Below are positions 1-8,932 of a stretch of 64,000 bases of DNA, piece after piece. The notes beneath the pieces are model-generated. The model ran no database searches. It had not been told where the DNA came from and worked only from the letters and a program-made list of their open reading frames with translations. Made by a program: the position numbers and the translations under genes. Source of the DNA: an uncultured Bacteroidaceae bacterium (GTDB lineage: Bacteria > Bacteroidota > Bacteroidia > Bacteroidales > GCA-2748055). Location of the stretch: positions 1,419 to 65,418 of the forward strand of contig CAZIIU010000015.1 of the NCBI GenBank assembly GCA_964539395.1, read 5' to 3'. Each line of letters begins with the position of its first letter. Positions within the stretch are counted from its first letter, which is position 1.

Positions 1-1897
1 TTTCAATCTTCAGGAGGTGAATTCTATGAAAAACTGTCCGGTTTATCAGGTATCCTTCAAGGGTCAATCACTTATCGACCAGTCACGACTTGGATTCTCC
101 CTGACAGACGGTACTGCACTGATTGAAAACTTCAAGGAATTGTCAGAAGAAGAAAGCAGTTTCGACAACTCCTGGAAACCTGTATACGGTGAACGTTCAA
201 CCATTCGTGACAATTACAATGAACTTGTAGTGGAATTAGCACACAAAGCCATACCAGGATGCAGGCTCGGGATTATATTTCGTTGCTATAATTCCGGTGT
301 AGCCTTTCGATACAATATCACAAAGTGTGATACTTCTGTGGACAGTATCCTGATTAAGGATGAACATACTGAGTTTAATTTTTATAGCGACCATACAGTA
401 TGGTTTACAGGTTACTCACGCGGTTACTACAAGGAAATGCCTGTTAGTAATATGAAATCATCAGCATGCATTCCTCTGACATTTCAGGTAAATGACACTA
501 CTTTTATTGCTTTGGCAGAAGCGGCGGCAGCAGACTTTCCTGCCCTACGTGTTACCCGGAAAGATGATAGATCATTCGGTTTTGTCACCCGGCTTGGCAG
601 CAAGGTAAAATCGTTCCTGCCCCTCAAAACGCCCTGGCGGGTAATAATGTTAGCTACAAGTGCAGGAGAGTTGATGGAAAACAATGACATTATTTATAAT
701 TTAAATGAACCTTGCAAGATTGATGAACCTTCCTGGATCAGACCGGGAAAAGTAATTCATGGAATGTCTGATGATACAGTCATCGGTAAGGCATATATCG
801 ATTTTGCAGTTGAACACAACCTCAAGTATGTTCAGGCAGGCTTTTACGGTTCAAATTGGGGTGATAGCAATCCTATAACAATTGTCTCGGGCAACAATGA
901 ACTCAGGGAGATGATTGAATACGCGAATCAGCGTGGAGTTGGTATTATATTAGGGTTTATTCTTTATGTAGATCATCTTGCGGTTAAAGACTATTCTCTT
1001 GATGAGATTTTTGCAGCTTATCAGAAAATTGGAATTGCGGGTGTCAGAGTTGGATTCATGGGAGTCGAATCCCAGCAGCTAACAACCTGGTTTCACCAGG
1101 CTGTTCGTACAGCTGCAAAATACAAGTTATTAGTCAGTGTACTCGATTTGTACCGGCCTTCAGGATACAGTCGGACCTATCCGAATCTTATGACCCAGTC
1201 CGGCCTCAGAGCAGACATACCCGCCAGTTGGAGATATTCCAGTTTCAATAAGCAAAACATCCTTAATTCTCAGCGAGGTCCTGAAGCTGAAATTCCAACA
1301 GTGACAAACGAACAAGACATGATTGTTCTCTTTACACGTATGCTTGCAGGAGCCGGTGACCACGCTATTTGCTATTACAACAAAATTGTGGACAATATTT
1401 GGACACATGGCTATCAGCTTGCCAAGGCAGTATGCTTTTATAGCCCGCTTACCTGGTTGTACTGGTGGGATTGGCTTCCCCCTGCCCCTTTGGAAGCTCT
1501 CGGTCCCTGGACAGGTGTTATTGGAAACGAACCCGAACTGGAATTTTATGATCACATCCCAACAGTCTGGGATGACACCAGGGTCATTCATGGCCGTATC
1601 GGTGAATATGCTGTTATTGCCCGGCGCTCAGACAAGGATTGGTACATTGGGGCAATGAACAGTCACAAAAACAGAACCCTTGAAGTACCTCTTGATTTCC
1701 TGTTACCTGAAGAAAACTATGTAGCACACATCTATTTTGATGATCCAACCATCAATACCCGAACCCGTGTGGGAATCCAAAGGTCCATGGTTAACTCCGG
1801 TACTACACTTAAAGTTAAAATGCCTGCACAGGGAGGTCAGGCAATCCGAATTGTGCCGGCCGGATCTGAAGATGATTATCCGGCATATCAGTATTAA
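1..1897 (+). CDS. Glycoside hydrolase family 97 paralogue; 5' end runs off the window
   Basis: The frame is open from nt 2. FNLQEVNSMKNCPVY aligns to HFVLENLGNMENCPVY of the downstream paralogue, so the GTG at 17 is not the true start. GH97-type motifs are present: WKPVYGERSTIRDNYNEL, IIFRCYNSGVAFRY, TPWRVIMLATS..LNEPC, RTYPNLMTQ, LFTRMLAG, DWYIGAMN. Confidence 0.85.
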   Translation, partial: FNLQEVNSMKNCPVYQVSFKGQSLIDQSRLGFSLTDGTALIENFKELSEEESSFDNSWKPVYGERSTIRDNYNELVVELAHKAIPGCRLGIIFRCYNSGVAFRYNITKCDTSVDSILIKDEHTEFNFYSDHTVWFTGYSRGYYKEMPVSNMKSSACIPLTFQVNDTTFIALAEAAAADFPALRVTRKDDRSFGFVTRLGSKVKSFLPLKTPWRVIMLATSAGELMENNDIIYNLNEPCKIDEPSWIRPGKVIHGMSDDTVIGKAYIDFAVEHNLKYVQAGFYGSNWGDSNPITIVSGNNELREMIEYANQRGVGIILGFILYVDHLAVKDYSLDEIFAAYQKIGIAGVRVGFMGVESQQLTTWFHQAVRTAAKYKLLVSVLDLYRPSGYSRTYPNLMTQSGLRADIPASWRYSSFNKQNILNSQRGPEAEIPTVTNEQDMIVLFTRMLAGAGDHAICYYNKIVDNIWTHGYQLAKAVCFYSPLTWLYWWDWLPPAPLEALGPWTGVIGNEPELEFYDHIPTVWDDTRVIHGRIGEYAVIARRSDKDWYIGAMNSHKNRTLEVPLDFLLPEENYVAHIYFDDPTINTRTRVGIQRSMVNSGTTLKVKMPAQGGQAIRIVPAGSEDDYPAYQY

Positions 1898-1931
1898 TGA
1901 CCATAAAACATCAAATAATAATACATTATAC

Positions 1932-3836
1932 ATGAAAAAATTCACTTTTTTTCTTTTAGTGATCTTTACAGGTACAGGTATATGCAATGCATCCACAATC
2001 AAGTCACCAAACGGACAGGTAGTTGTGCATTTTGTTTTAGAGAATCTGGGCAACATGGAAAACTGTCCGGTTTACAAAGTTCATTTCAAAGACCAGTTGC
2101 TTATTGATCAATCAAGACTTGGCTTCACTTTAGGTGACGGTTCAACACTAACGAATCACTTCAATATACTATCTGTAAAAACAAATACTTTCGATAGCAC
2201 ATGGAAACCATTGTATGGTGAGCGTTCAATAATTCGTGATAATTATAATGAGCTTGTTGTCGAATTATCTCACAGGTATTCAACAGATTTCAGACTCGGG
2301 ATAATTTTTCGTTGCTATGATTCAGGGGTGGCATTTCGTTACCGGATTAACAAGGATGTTTTTTCAGTGGACAATGTTTTGATTAAGAAAGAGCACACTG
2401 AGTTTAATTTTCTAAATGATCATAAAGCCTGGGTTACCAACACCAACCAGGGATTATACAGGGAAGAACCAATCAGTAAGATGGGTTCGGGTGTTTGCCG
2501 GCCACTTACGATCAAGGTGGATGATAACATGTTTATTGCTATAGCTGAAGCAGCACTTGTAGATTTTTCCCGGGCACAGCTGGCGCATTCAGAAATTCAT
2601 CCCTTTGGTATTTCCATCGAACTGGATAGCGAGGTAAACTCTTCCCTTCCCATTACAACACCATGGCGGGTACTGATGCTTGCCGAAAGTCCGGGAGAAT
2701 TGTTGGAAAACAATGATATAATCTTAAATCTTAATGATCCCTGCGCAATCGAAGATCCCTCGTGGATCAAGCCTGGCAAGGTTATGCGCGCGGGTGAATC
2801 AACAGAAGCAGCTATGGCCTCCATCGATTTTTGTATAAAACACAACCTGCGGTATATGAGACCCAGCTGGCATGGCAGTATGTGGGGGGATTGCAATCCA
2901 ATGACAATTATCACGGGTGAGCTTGATCTTCCGGAAATCATTGAATATGGTAACAAACATGGGATTGGTAGCATCCTTTATGTGGATCATGTTCCTCTGG
3001 AAAATTTTTCACTCGAAGAGATCTTTTCAACCTACCGGAAATGGGGTGTAACCGGTGTCAAATTCGGCTTTGTAAATGTAGGCTCCCAGGAATGGATGAC
3101 CTGGTTGCACAATGCGGTGCGGATCGCAGCAAAACACAAACTTATAATTGACATACATGATGAATACCGGCCCACAGGCTATAGCCGTACTTATCCCAAC
3201 CTCATGACCCAGGAAGGCATTAATGGAGATGAGTCTACACCAACGAACCAACAAAGCCTCATAATACTCTTCACGCGTATGCTCGCAGGTGCAGCAGATA
3301 ATACAATATGCTACTATAATAAACGCGTAGATGAACACTGGACCCATGCCTACCAGCTTGCAAAGGCGGTTTGTATTTACAGTCCTTTAACCTGGCTTTA
3401 CTGGTATGACAGGCCACCCTTAACTGCCAATGAAAAGATGCAGCCAGGTTTTGGTATAACAGGAGATGAACCGGAACTTGAGTTCTTTGACCATGTACCG
3501 ACAGTCTGGGATGATACCAAAGTCATTCATGGCAACATCGGAAAGTATGCTGTTATTGCACGGCGCTCAGGCAGAGACTGGTACATCGGAGCCATGAACA
3601 GTGAAAAAGAGAGATCACTTGATGTACCACTCGACTTTTTATCTCCTAAAGAAAAATACGTGGCACACATCTACTTTGATGATCCATCAGTCAACACAAG
3701 AACCCATGTCGGAATCCAAAGATTGATGGTAGATGCCAGCACAACCCTTAAAGTAAATATGATTGCACAGGGAGGCCAGGCGATAAGAATTGTACCTGCA
3801 GACTCTGAGGACGATTATCCTGAATACGGCAATTAA
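1932..3836 (+). CDS. Glycoside hydrolase family 97 (alpha-glycosidase), secreted
   Basis: The ORF 1737..3836 is trimmed to the ATG at 1932, where a signal peptide begins (MKKFTFFLLVIFTGTGICNAS). It is collinear with SusB-type GH97: WKPLYGERSIIRDNYNEL, IIFRCYDSGVAFRY, TPWRVLMLAES, HDEYRPTGYSRTYPNLMTQEGINGDE, LFTRMLAG, DWYIGAMN. Confidence 0.9.
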   Translation: MKKFTFFLLVIFTGTGICNASTIKSPNGQVVVHFVLENLGNMENCPVYKVHFKDQLLIDQSRLGFTLGDGSTLTNHFNILSVKTNTFDSTWKPLYGERSIIRDNYNELVVELSHRYSTDFRLGIIFRCYDSGVAFRYRINKDVFSVDNVLIKKEHTEFNFLNDHKAWVTNTNQGLYREEPISKMGSGVCRPLTIKVDDNMFIAIAEAALVDFSRAQLAHSEIHPFGISIELDSEVNSSLPITTPWRVLMLAESPGELLENNDIILNLNDPCAIEDPSWIKPGKVMRAGESTEAAMASIDFCIKHNLRYMRPSWHGSMWGDCNPMTIITGELDLPEIIEYGNKHGIGSILYVDHVPLENFSLEEIFSTYRKWGVTGVKFGFVNVGSQEWMTWLHNAVRIAAKHKLIIDIHDEYRPTGYSRTYPNLMTQEGINGDESTPTNQQSLIILFTRMLAGAADNTICYYNKRVDEHWTHAYQLAKAVCIYSPLTWLYWYDRPPLTANEKMQPGFGITGDEPELEFFDHVPTVWDDTKVIHGNIGKYAVIARRSGRDWYIGAMNSEKERSLDVPLDFLSPKEKYVAHIYFDDPSVNTRTHVGIQRLMVDASTTLKVNMIAQGGQAIRIVPADSEDDYPEYGN

Positions 3837-3951
3837 AAATTGTGATACTTAATCTAAACCATATATCCGTTCAGCTAATATCTGAACAAGAATTTTTTGG
3901 TCGAAAACTGAATTGCTGAGGGGTCCGTTTTACAACGTGGATCACATTACT

Positions 3952-4836
3952 TTACTCGGTATATAGATACCTCAGTTTGTATTTCCTCCACGTACTCATC
4001 GATTTGTAAAGGGCGAGCTCACAATCCTGCTTGATGTTATAGCACTGCAAACCAATAGGTCCTTTATAGCCCCCGTCTAACAATATTTTAACAACTTTAT
4101 AGGTATCAAACGTGCCTTCCCCAAGGGGTTGAATGAGTCTATCAAAACCCATCTCCTGGGTATTGCCTGAATCAGCTCCGTTAATTGAAACAACAAACAA
4201 ATAGGGCATTACTTTATGCAGCTTTTCCTCGATGTGTTCTTCCCCTTCAACCTTTAGAAAATGGCAAACATTAAATATTGCTCCAACATTCTTGCGATCT
4301 ATCATCTCAACAAGTTCGATTACATGATCTATCTCCTCATAATACAAAAACTTGTGTGGATATAATGCTATTCTTACATTGTATAATGCAGCATAATCGG
4401 CCAGCTCGCCAATTGCATCTGAAAGAATTCTATTACCGTCCTCCTTGTTTTGTTTATATTGATTGGCAAGCACAATTAAAGAAACCACCAGATCACGATC
4501 CTTTGAAAGTTCGATAATTTCTCTTAGTTCCTCATCATATGTAACTTTACCTTCATCGGTTAATCTCATCTTCCAGTAGAGCTGAGGTATTTTTAAACCC
4601 TTTGCATCAAGAATTGCCTGACGCTCTGCAAAATCAAAATCAAAACCCTCATTTAACTCCATTCCTTCAAAACCAACGTTTTTGACTAATTCTGCCTGTG
4701 CCAGAAAGGATTCGGGAGCATTCGGCATATTCATTGAATTGTTAAAACAAAAGAAAATATTGTTAAACTCCTTTTTTTGGGCTGTCAGGTTTCCAAATAG
4801 TGATACTGCCAAAACAACCATAATAATTTTTTTCAT
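3952..4836 (-). CDS. Exported sugar-phosphate isomerase/epimerase-like TIM-barrel protein (xylose-isomerase-like fold)
   Basis: 294 aa with an N-terminal signal peptide (MKKIIMVVLAVSLFGNLTAQ). The length and pattern (..VGFEGMEL.., ..ALYPH.., ..FNVCHF.., ..INGAD..) are typical of AP_endonuc_2/xylose-isomerase-like TIM barrels. The family assignment is by eye only. Confidence 0.6.
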   Translation of the reverse strand: MKKIIMVVLAVSLFGNLTAQKKEFNNIFFCFNNSMNMPNAPESFLAQAELVKNVGFEGMELNEGFDFDFAERQAILDAKGLKIPQLYWKMRLTDEGKVTYDEELREIIELSKDRDLVVSLIVLANQYKQNKEDGNRILSDAIGELADYAALYNVRIALYPHKFLYYEEIDHVIELVEMIDRKNVGAIFNVCHFLKVEGEEHIEEKLHKVMPYLFVVSINGADSGNTQEMGFDRLIQPLGEGTFDTYKVVKILLDGGYKGPIGLQCYNIKQDCELALYKSMSTWRKYKLRYLYTE

Positions 4837-5065
4837 CTTAATTGTATTAAAAATTTAAACACATCGTTATTCAGTTTGCAAATATTGTGAAAACAAAACT
4901 AACAAACAATTTGAAGGAATATCTAAATACTCCTAATTAAAAAAAAAAACAATCAAAATCAGTTTCGTTTAATCATTTTACTATATTGCAAAGGAATAAT
5001 AATCCCCCTTGAATAAAGAAAAGTGTTATTTCAAGGTGGCATACTCAACAATTAAATAAATAATA

Positions 5066-6496
5066 ATGGAACGGAGAGATTTTATTAAAAAAACTGCTGC
5101 AAGTAATTTGGGAATTATAGCTGCGCCAACCATTCTTACCGGTGCAGGATGGAAAGGTGCGAATGACCGCGTTAATGTTGCGGTAATCGGTATTCGGGGA
5201 ATGGGACAAAACCACATTCAGTCATACCAGAAATTGAAAAATGTAGAAGTTACTGCTTTGTGTGATGTAGATGGAAACCTGTTTGCGGAGCGGGTGAAAA
5301 AACACTTTACAGACAAAGATTTACGAGAACCGAAACTTTACCAGGATATGCGCCGACTGTTCGAAGACAAAACGGTTGACGCTGTTTCCATTGTTACACC
5401 TAACCATTGGCATGCACTGGCCGGAATCTGGGCCATCCAGTCGGGAAAACATGCCAGTATCGAAAAACCTTCGTGTCACACCATCGAAGAGGGCAAAAAA
5501 CTTGTTGAGGCTGCAAAAAAATATAATGTTGTGGTTCAGGACGGTGCTGAACAACGAAGCAATCCGGGAGCTCAATCAGCTGCCCGGTTTATGTCGGAAG
5601 GTAAACTGGGTGAAGTTTATATGGCCAAGGGAATATGTTATAAGTGGCGGGATTCAATTGGAAAATACCCGGATGGTTTCATGGAGGAGGATGAAATATT
5701 TACTACCACAGTGAACAGTAAGTCCTTTTCGGGACCTTTTACAAAAAGCTATATGAGCAAGGTGGATTATGATCTTTGGCTTGGGCCAGCACCACTAAAG
5801 CCTTTCAATCCTAACCGTTTTCATTACAACTGGCACTGGAACTGGGATTTCGGTAACGGCGATATCGGAAACCAGGGGGTACATGAAATTGATGTGGCCC
5901 GCTGGGGACTTGGTGTAAAACTACCCACCAGGGTCAGTGCTATTGGAGGACACATGATGTTTGATGATGACCAGCAAACACCCAATGTTCTGATGGCACT
6001 ATTTGAATTTCCAAATCCGGAAGGCGGAGGTGATAAAAAGAAAATTCTTCAGTTCGAAGTCAGACACTGGATTACCCACCCGGAAGGTAAGAATTTAGGA
6101 GCTGGCGAGTCACTGACCAATTCATATATGACCAGTTCTGCAAATTTGATAGGTAATACATTTTACGGGTCAAAAGGTTACATGCAGAAAGATGTAAATG
6201 GATGGCAAACATTTATGGGAAGAGGCGCCGAACCAGGTGAATCGGGGAAAGGATTGGGCGATCATTATCAGAATTTTATCGATGCCATCAGGACCAACGA
6301 TTCCTCAAAATTGACAGCACCTATTGAAGAAGGTTTTTATACCTGCGCTCTAATACACCTTGCCAACATTTCTTACCGGTTGGGTCGTACTTTGGACATT
6401 AATCCGGAGACTTTAACCATATTAAATGATAAAGAAGCAAATCAAATGCTTTCTAAAGAATACCGAAAGCCTTATGTTTTGCCGAAAGAGGTGTAA
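5066..6496 (+). CDS. TAT-exported Gfo/Idh/MocA-family NAD-dependent oxidoreductase (GH109-like / glycoside dehydrogenase-like)
   Basis: Twin-arginine signal MERRDFIKKTAASNLGIIAAP. Rossmann motif VNVAVIGIRGMGQNH. EKP motif (SIEKPSCH) and the C-terminal Gfo/Idh/MocA region are present. 476 aa. Confidence 0.85.
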   Translation: MERRDFIKKTAASNLGIIAAPTILTGAGWKGANDRVNVAVIGIRGMGQNHIQSYQKLKNVEVTALCDVDGNLFAERVKKHFTDKDLREPKLYQDMRRLFEDKTVDAVSIVTPNHWHALAGIWAIQSGKHASIEKPSCHTIEEGKKLVEAAKKYNVVVQDGAEQRSNPGAQSAARFMSEGKLGEVYMAKGICYKWRDSIGKYPDGFMEEDEIFTTTVNSKSFSGPFTKSYMSKVDYDLWLGPAPLKPFNPNRFHYNWHWNWDFGNGDIGNQGVHEIDVARWGLGVKLPTRVSAIGGHMMFDDDQQTPNVLMALFEFPNPEGGGDKKKILQFEVRHWITHPEGKNLGAGESLTNSYMTSSANLIGNTFYGSKGYMQKDVNGWQTFMGRGAEPGESGKGLGDHYQNFIDAIRTNDSSKLTAPIEEGFYTCALIHLANISYRLGRTLDINPETLTILNDKEANQMLSKEYRKPYVLPKEV

Positions 6497-6692
6497 AAAA
6501 GAGCGAACATCAGTCGATTTATTGAGCTTATGCAGTAATTAAGAAGAGATTATGGGTGTATCGTCCGGATTCTTCAGGGGATAATCTCCATAAGAAGGGT
6601 TGGCAAATTTCCGGATAGAACAGCGTTTTATATCGATTATCGAAATTGGTACTAAAAAGCATACATCCTCCCTCAGGAGTAACACTATTAAT

Positions 6693-7289
6693 CTACATAA
6701 TCTGATTCACCGGCAGCTCCTCCTGTAACTCAAACTCGAGCATGGCGTTGATCAGTTTGAATGACCTGTAATAGCTCAAGTCGTCTGCCAGTATATCTGC
6801 CACTGCAACCAGCCCATTACGGATCAAACGCTCCCGGCACGTGCCGGCCAGTAACGGATATGCTGGGGTGACCCACTTTTCGCCGTTGAACAACACAATA
6901 TTGGCATACGTTGTGTCGGTGATCCGACCGTTACGTACTATCAGGATATCATCGCACGTTCCCTTTAACTTCAACAACTCATCCAGCGCATAGCGGTCTG
7001 TATACTTCATCGAGTATTCCAGGTGATCGCCGGTCACCAGCCGCAGCGTCTTCGTCTTTCTGGGGGTATACACAGAAAATTCCATCGTAAAAATGCTTCT
7101 CCCATACATAAACCTGCACTTCACCTCTCCGCTGCCAAACTCAGCCGGTACCCGCAATACCTCCCTCAGCAAAGGCGCACCCCCTGTTCCAAAAAAGCGC
7201 AGAAAGGAGTCATTTATCCTTGACTGGTGCCACCCGAGCTGCTGCGGAACCCCCTCTTCGATTCGTATAGTTTCAAACAATGGGAACAT
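6693..7289 (-). CDS. pabC: Aminodeoxychorismate lyase (class IV aminotransferase fold)
   Basis: The ORF 6693..7334 is trimmed to the internal ATG (MFPLFETIRIEEG), the usual N-terminus of the short Bacteroidota ADC lyases. It has a YSMKYTDR lysine motif and lies adjacent to pabB. Confidence 0.7.
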   Translation of the reverse strand: MFPLFETIRIEEGVPQQLGWHQSRINDSFLRFFGTGGAPLLREVLRVPAEFGSGEVKCRFMYGRSIFTMEFSVYTPRKTKTLRLVTGDHLEYSMKYTDRYALDELLKLKGTCDDILIVRNGRITDTTYANIVLFNGEKWVTPAYPLLAGTCRERLIRNGLVAVADILADDLSYYRSFKLINAMLEFELQEELPVNQIM

Positions 7290-7430
7290 AATCTCCTGGT
7301 ATATTTTTACCTGGTTAATGACTGAAAAAATCAATTAGCTACCCGTAGACCAGCTTCAAATCAGCCTAATAAGGCGACATAGTAAAAATTCAACACTTAT
7401 CAACATCCACACTGTAAGTGCTACAACCCC

Positions 7431-8708
7431 TCAAAGTCCGACAATCGGTACATACACCTTCTCTATCATCTCGTTATACTCTGATCTGGCCACACTGTGC
7501 CCCGTAATTCCACCTCCGCTTCTGAACTGCAATCCCCCATTCGCGCTGTCCCACATCGTTCTCTCCCCCTCCACCTGTCCGCCAACAACCCTTCCGTTAA
7601 CCCGCTCGATATACCGGATCATCACAGCACTGTCAACCCCCTCTCCGTCAAATATACCGAAAATTCCGGTAAAAAAGCCGCGCTTCTCCCCTTCCGCCGC
7701 AGCGATAATCTCCACTGTTTTCCGCTTCGGCGCACCACAGATCGACCCGGCAGGAAGCATGCGCAGCAGCATCATCCCAAGCCCCGACTGCCACTCGTCA
7801 CCCAGATGTCCCCCGATCTCTGAACTCACCTGCAACAGACCCCCCCGGTGGGTCTGCACGCAGTCGATATACCTGAACCGGCTCACCCGAACATCGCTGG
7901 CAACCATCGACAAGTCGTTGCGGATCAGGTCCACGATAGTATTGTGCTCCCACAGCTCCTTTTCATTCCCGAGCAGTTGCTGCTCCGCCCCTGGCAGCGC
8001 CGCGTCGATCGTCCCCTTCATCGGATACGACCGTATCGAATTGCCGCGAATCGTCACAAACGTCTCCGGTGAAAATACCACAAACCGGTCACCAAAAAGC
8101 AACCTGTAGGGCGCCTGGCTCCCGTGAAAAATCTGCGACAACGACAGGTCGGTCAGCACCGGTGTCGGAAAGGTCAGGTTCAATAAAAAGGAGTTCCCAT
8201 ACATAATATGTCTCTTCACCAGGCTGAACGCCTTTTCATACCGGGGAAACGCCATGGGAACGGCCTCAAACCTGAACCCCGAAAGCGCAGCACTCCGGAA
8301 TTCCGTCGCGACCTTATCCTTCAATTCAGGCGGGACAGCTGATTGATCTTTTTTTAAGTGTTTGATCTGGTCCTCCGGCGACGAATCAGGCATTTCCTCC
8401 TGTGAAGAAGTTGCCTGCCCGAAACGGTCTGCATCAGGAATTTCTTCCTGTGAAGAAGTTGCCTGCCCGAAACGGTCTGCATCAGGCTGGTCCCTCCTTG
8501 ATGCAGCAGCCCGGAAGCCGGGAAAGAGCTCAGCGCTCACACCGGGAACATTGGTCTTACCCCTGATATTATAGAATATATGGTGCGCAGCTGCCTCCCC
8601 CGGACGAAAAATAAAAAACTGTTCCAGCTCATAATCGATGATGAACAGAAAGGGAGTTCCCGCCTTCGCCCAGGCATTACATGTATCGATAAACTGTGAC
8701 TGATCCAT
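7431..8708 (-). CDS. pabB: Aminodeoxychorismate synthase component I, with a low-complexity insert
   Basis: The C-terminal chorismate-binding domain is recognisable: HNTIVDLIRNDL, PAGSICGAPK, EGEKRGFFTGIFG, MIRYIE, FRSGGGIT. It is next to pabC. It contains an in-frame 16-aa duplication. Confidence 0.85.
   Translation of the reverse strand: MDQSQFIDTCNAWAKAGTPFLFIIDYELEQFFIFRPGEAAAHHIFYNIRGKTNVPGVSAELFPGFRAAASRRDQPDADRFGQATSSQEEIPDADRFGQATSSQEEMPDSSPEDQIKHLKKDQSAVPPELKDKVATEFRSAALSGFRFEAVPMAFPRYEKAFSLVKRHIMYGNSFLLNLTFPTPVLTDLSLSQIFHGSQAPYRLLFGDRFVVFSPETFVTIRGNSIRSYPMKGTIDAALPGAEQQLLGNEKELWEHNTIVDLIRNDLSMVASDVRVSRFRYIDCVQTHRGGLLQVSSEIGGHLGDEWQSGLGMMLLRMLPAGSICGAPKRKTVEIIAAAEGEKRGFFTGIFGIFDGEGVDSAVMIRYIERVNGRVVGGQVEGERTMWDSANGGLQFRSGGGITGHSVARSEYNEMIEKVYVPIVGL
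8385..8488. repeat. 48-bp tandem duplication (2 copies plus an 8-bp partial) inside pabB
   Basis: Unit 8385-8432 and unit 8433-8480 differ at 2 of 48 positions (catttcctcc vs aatttcttcc), and atcaggct restarts at 8481. This encodes PDADRFGQATSSQEE(I/M) twice on the minus strand. Confidence 0.95.
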
Positions 8709-8932
8709 GAAGCAAAGATAGAAATTCCTGCTGCAGCTTCCCTAATATGTGGAACTCAGCTCTGAGATTTATAGTTTTTGGAAATAATGGGACAGGGCAA
8801 CGGAAATATGGAGGGCATGAAAAGACGGGAAAGAGTAAAACCGAGCGATGAAGCCCTGAGATTTTAAGCTGTTGATGCAGACAAACTGGAGAATTGGTAT
8901 CCATATTTTCTGTAAGTTTGCAGCGTTAAAAA

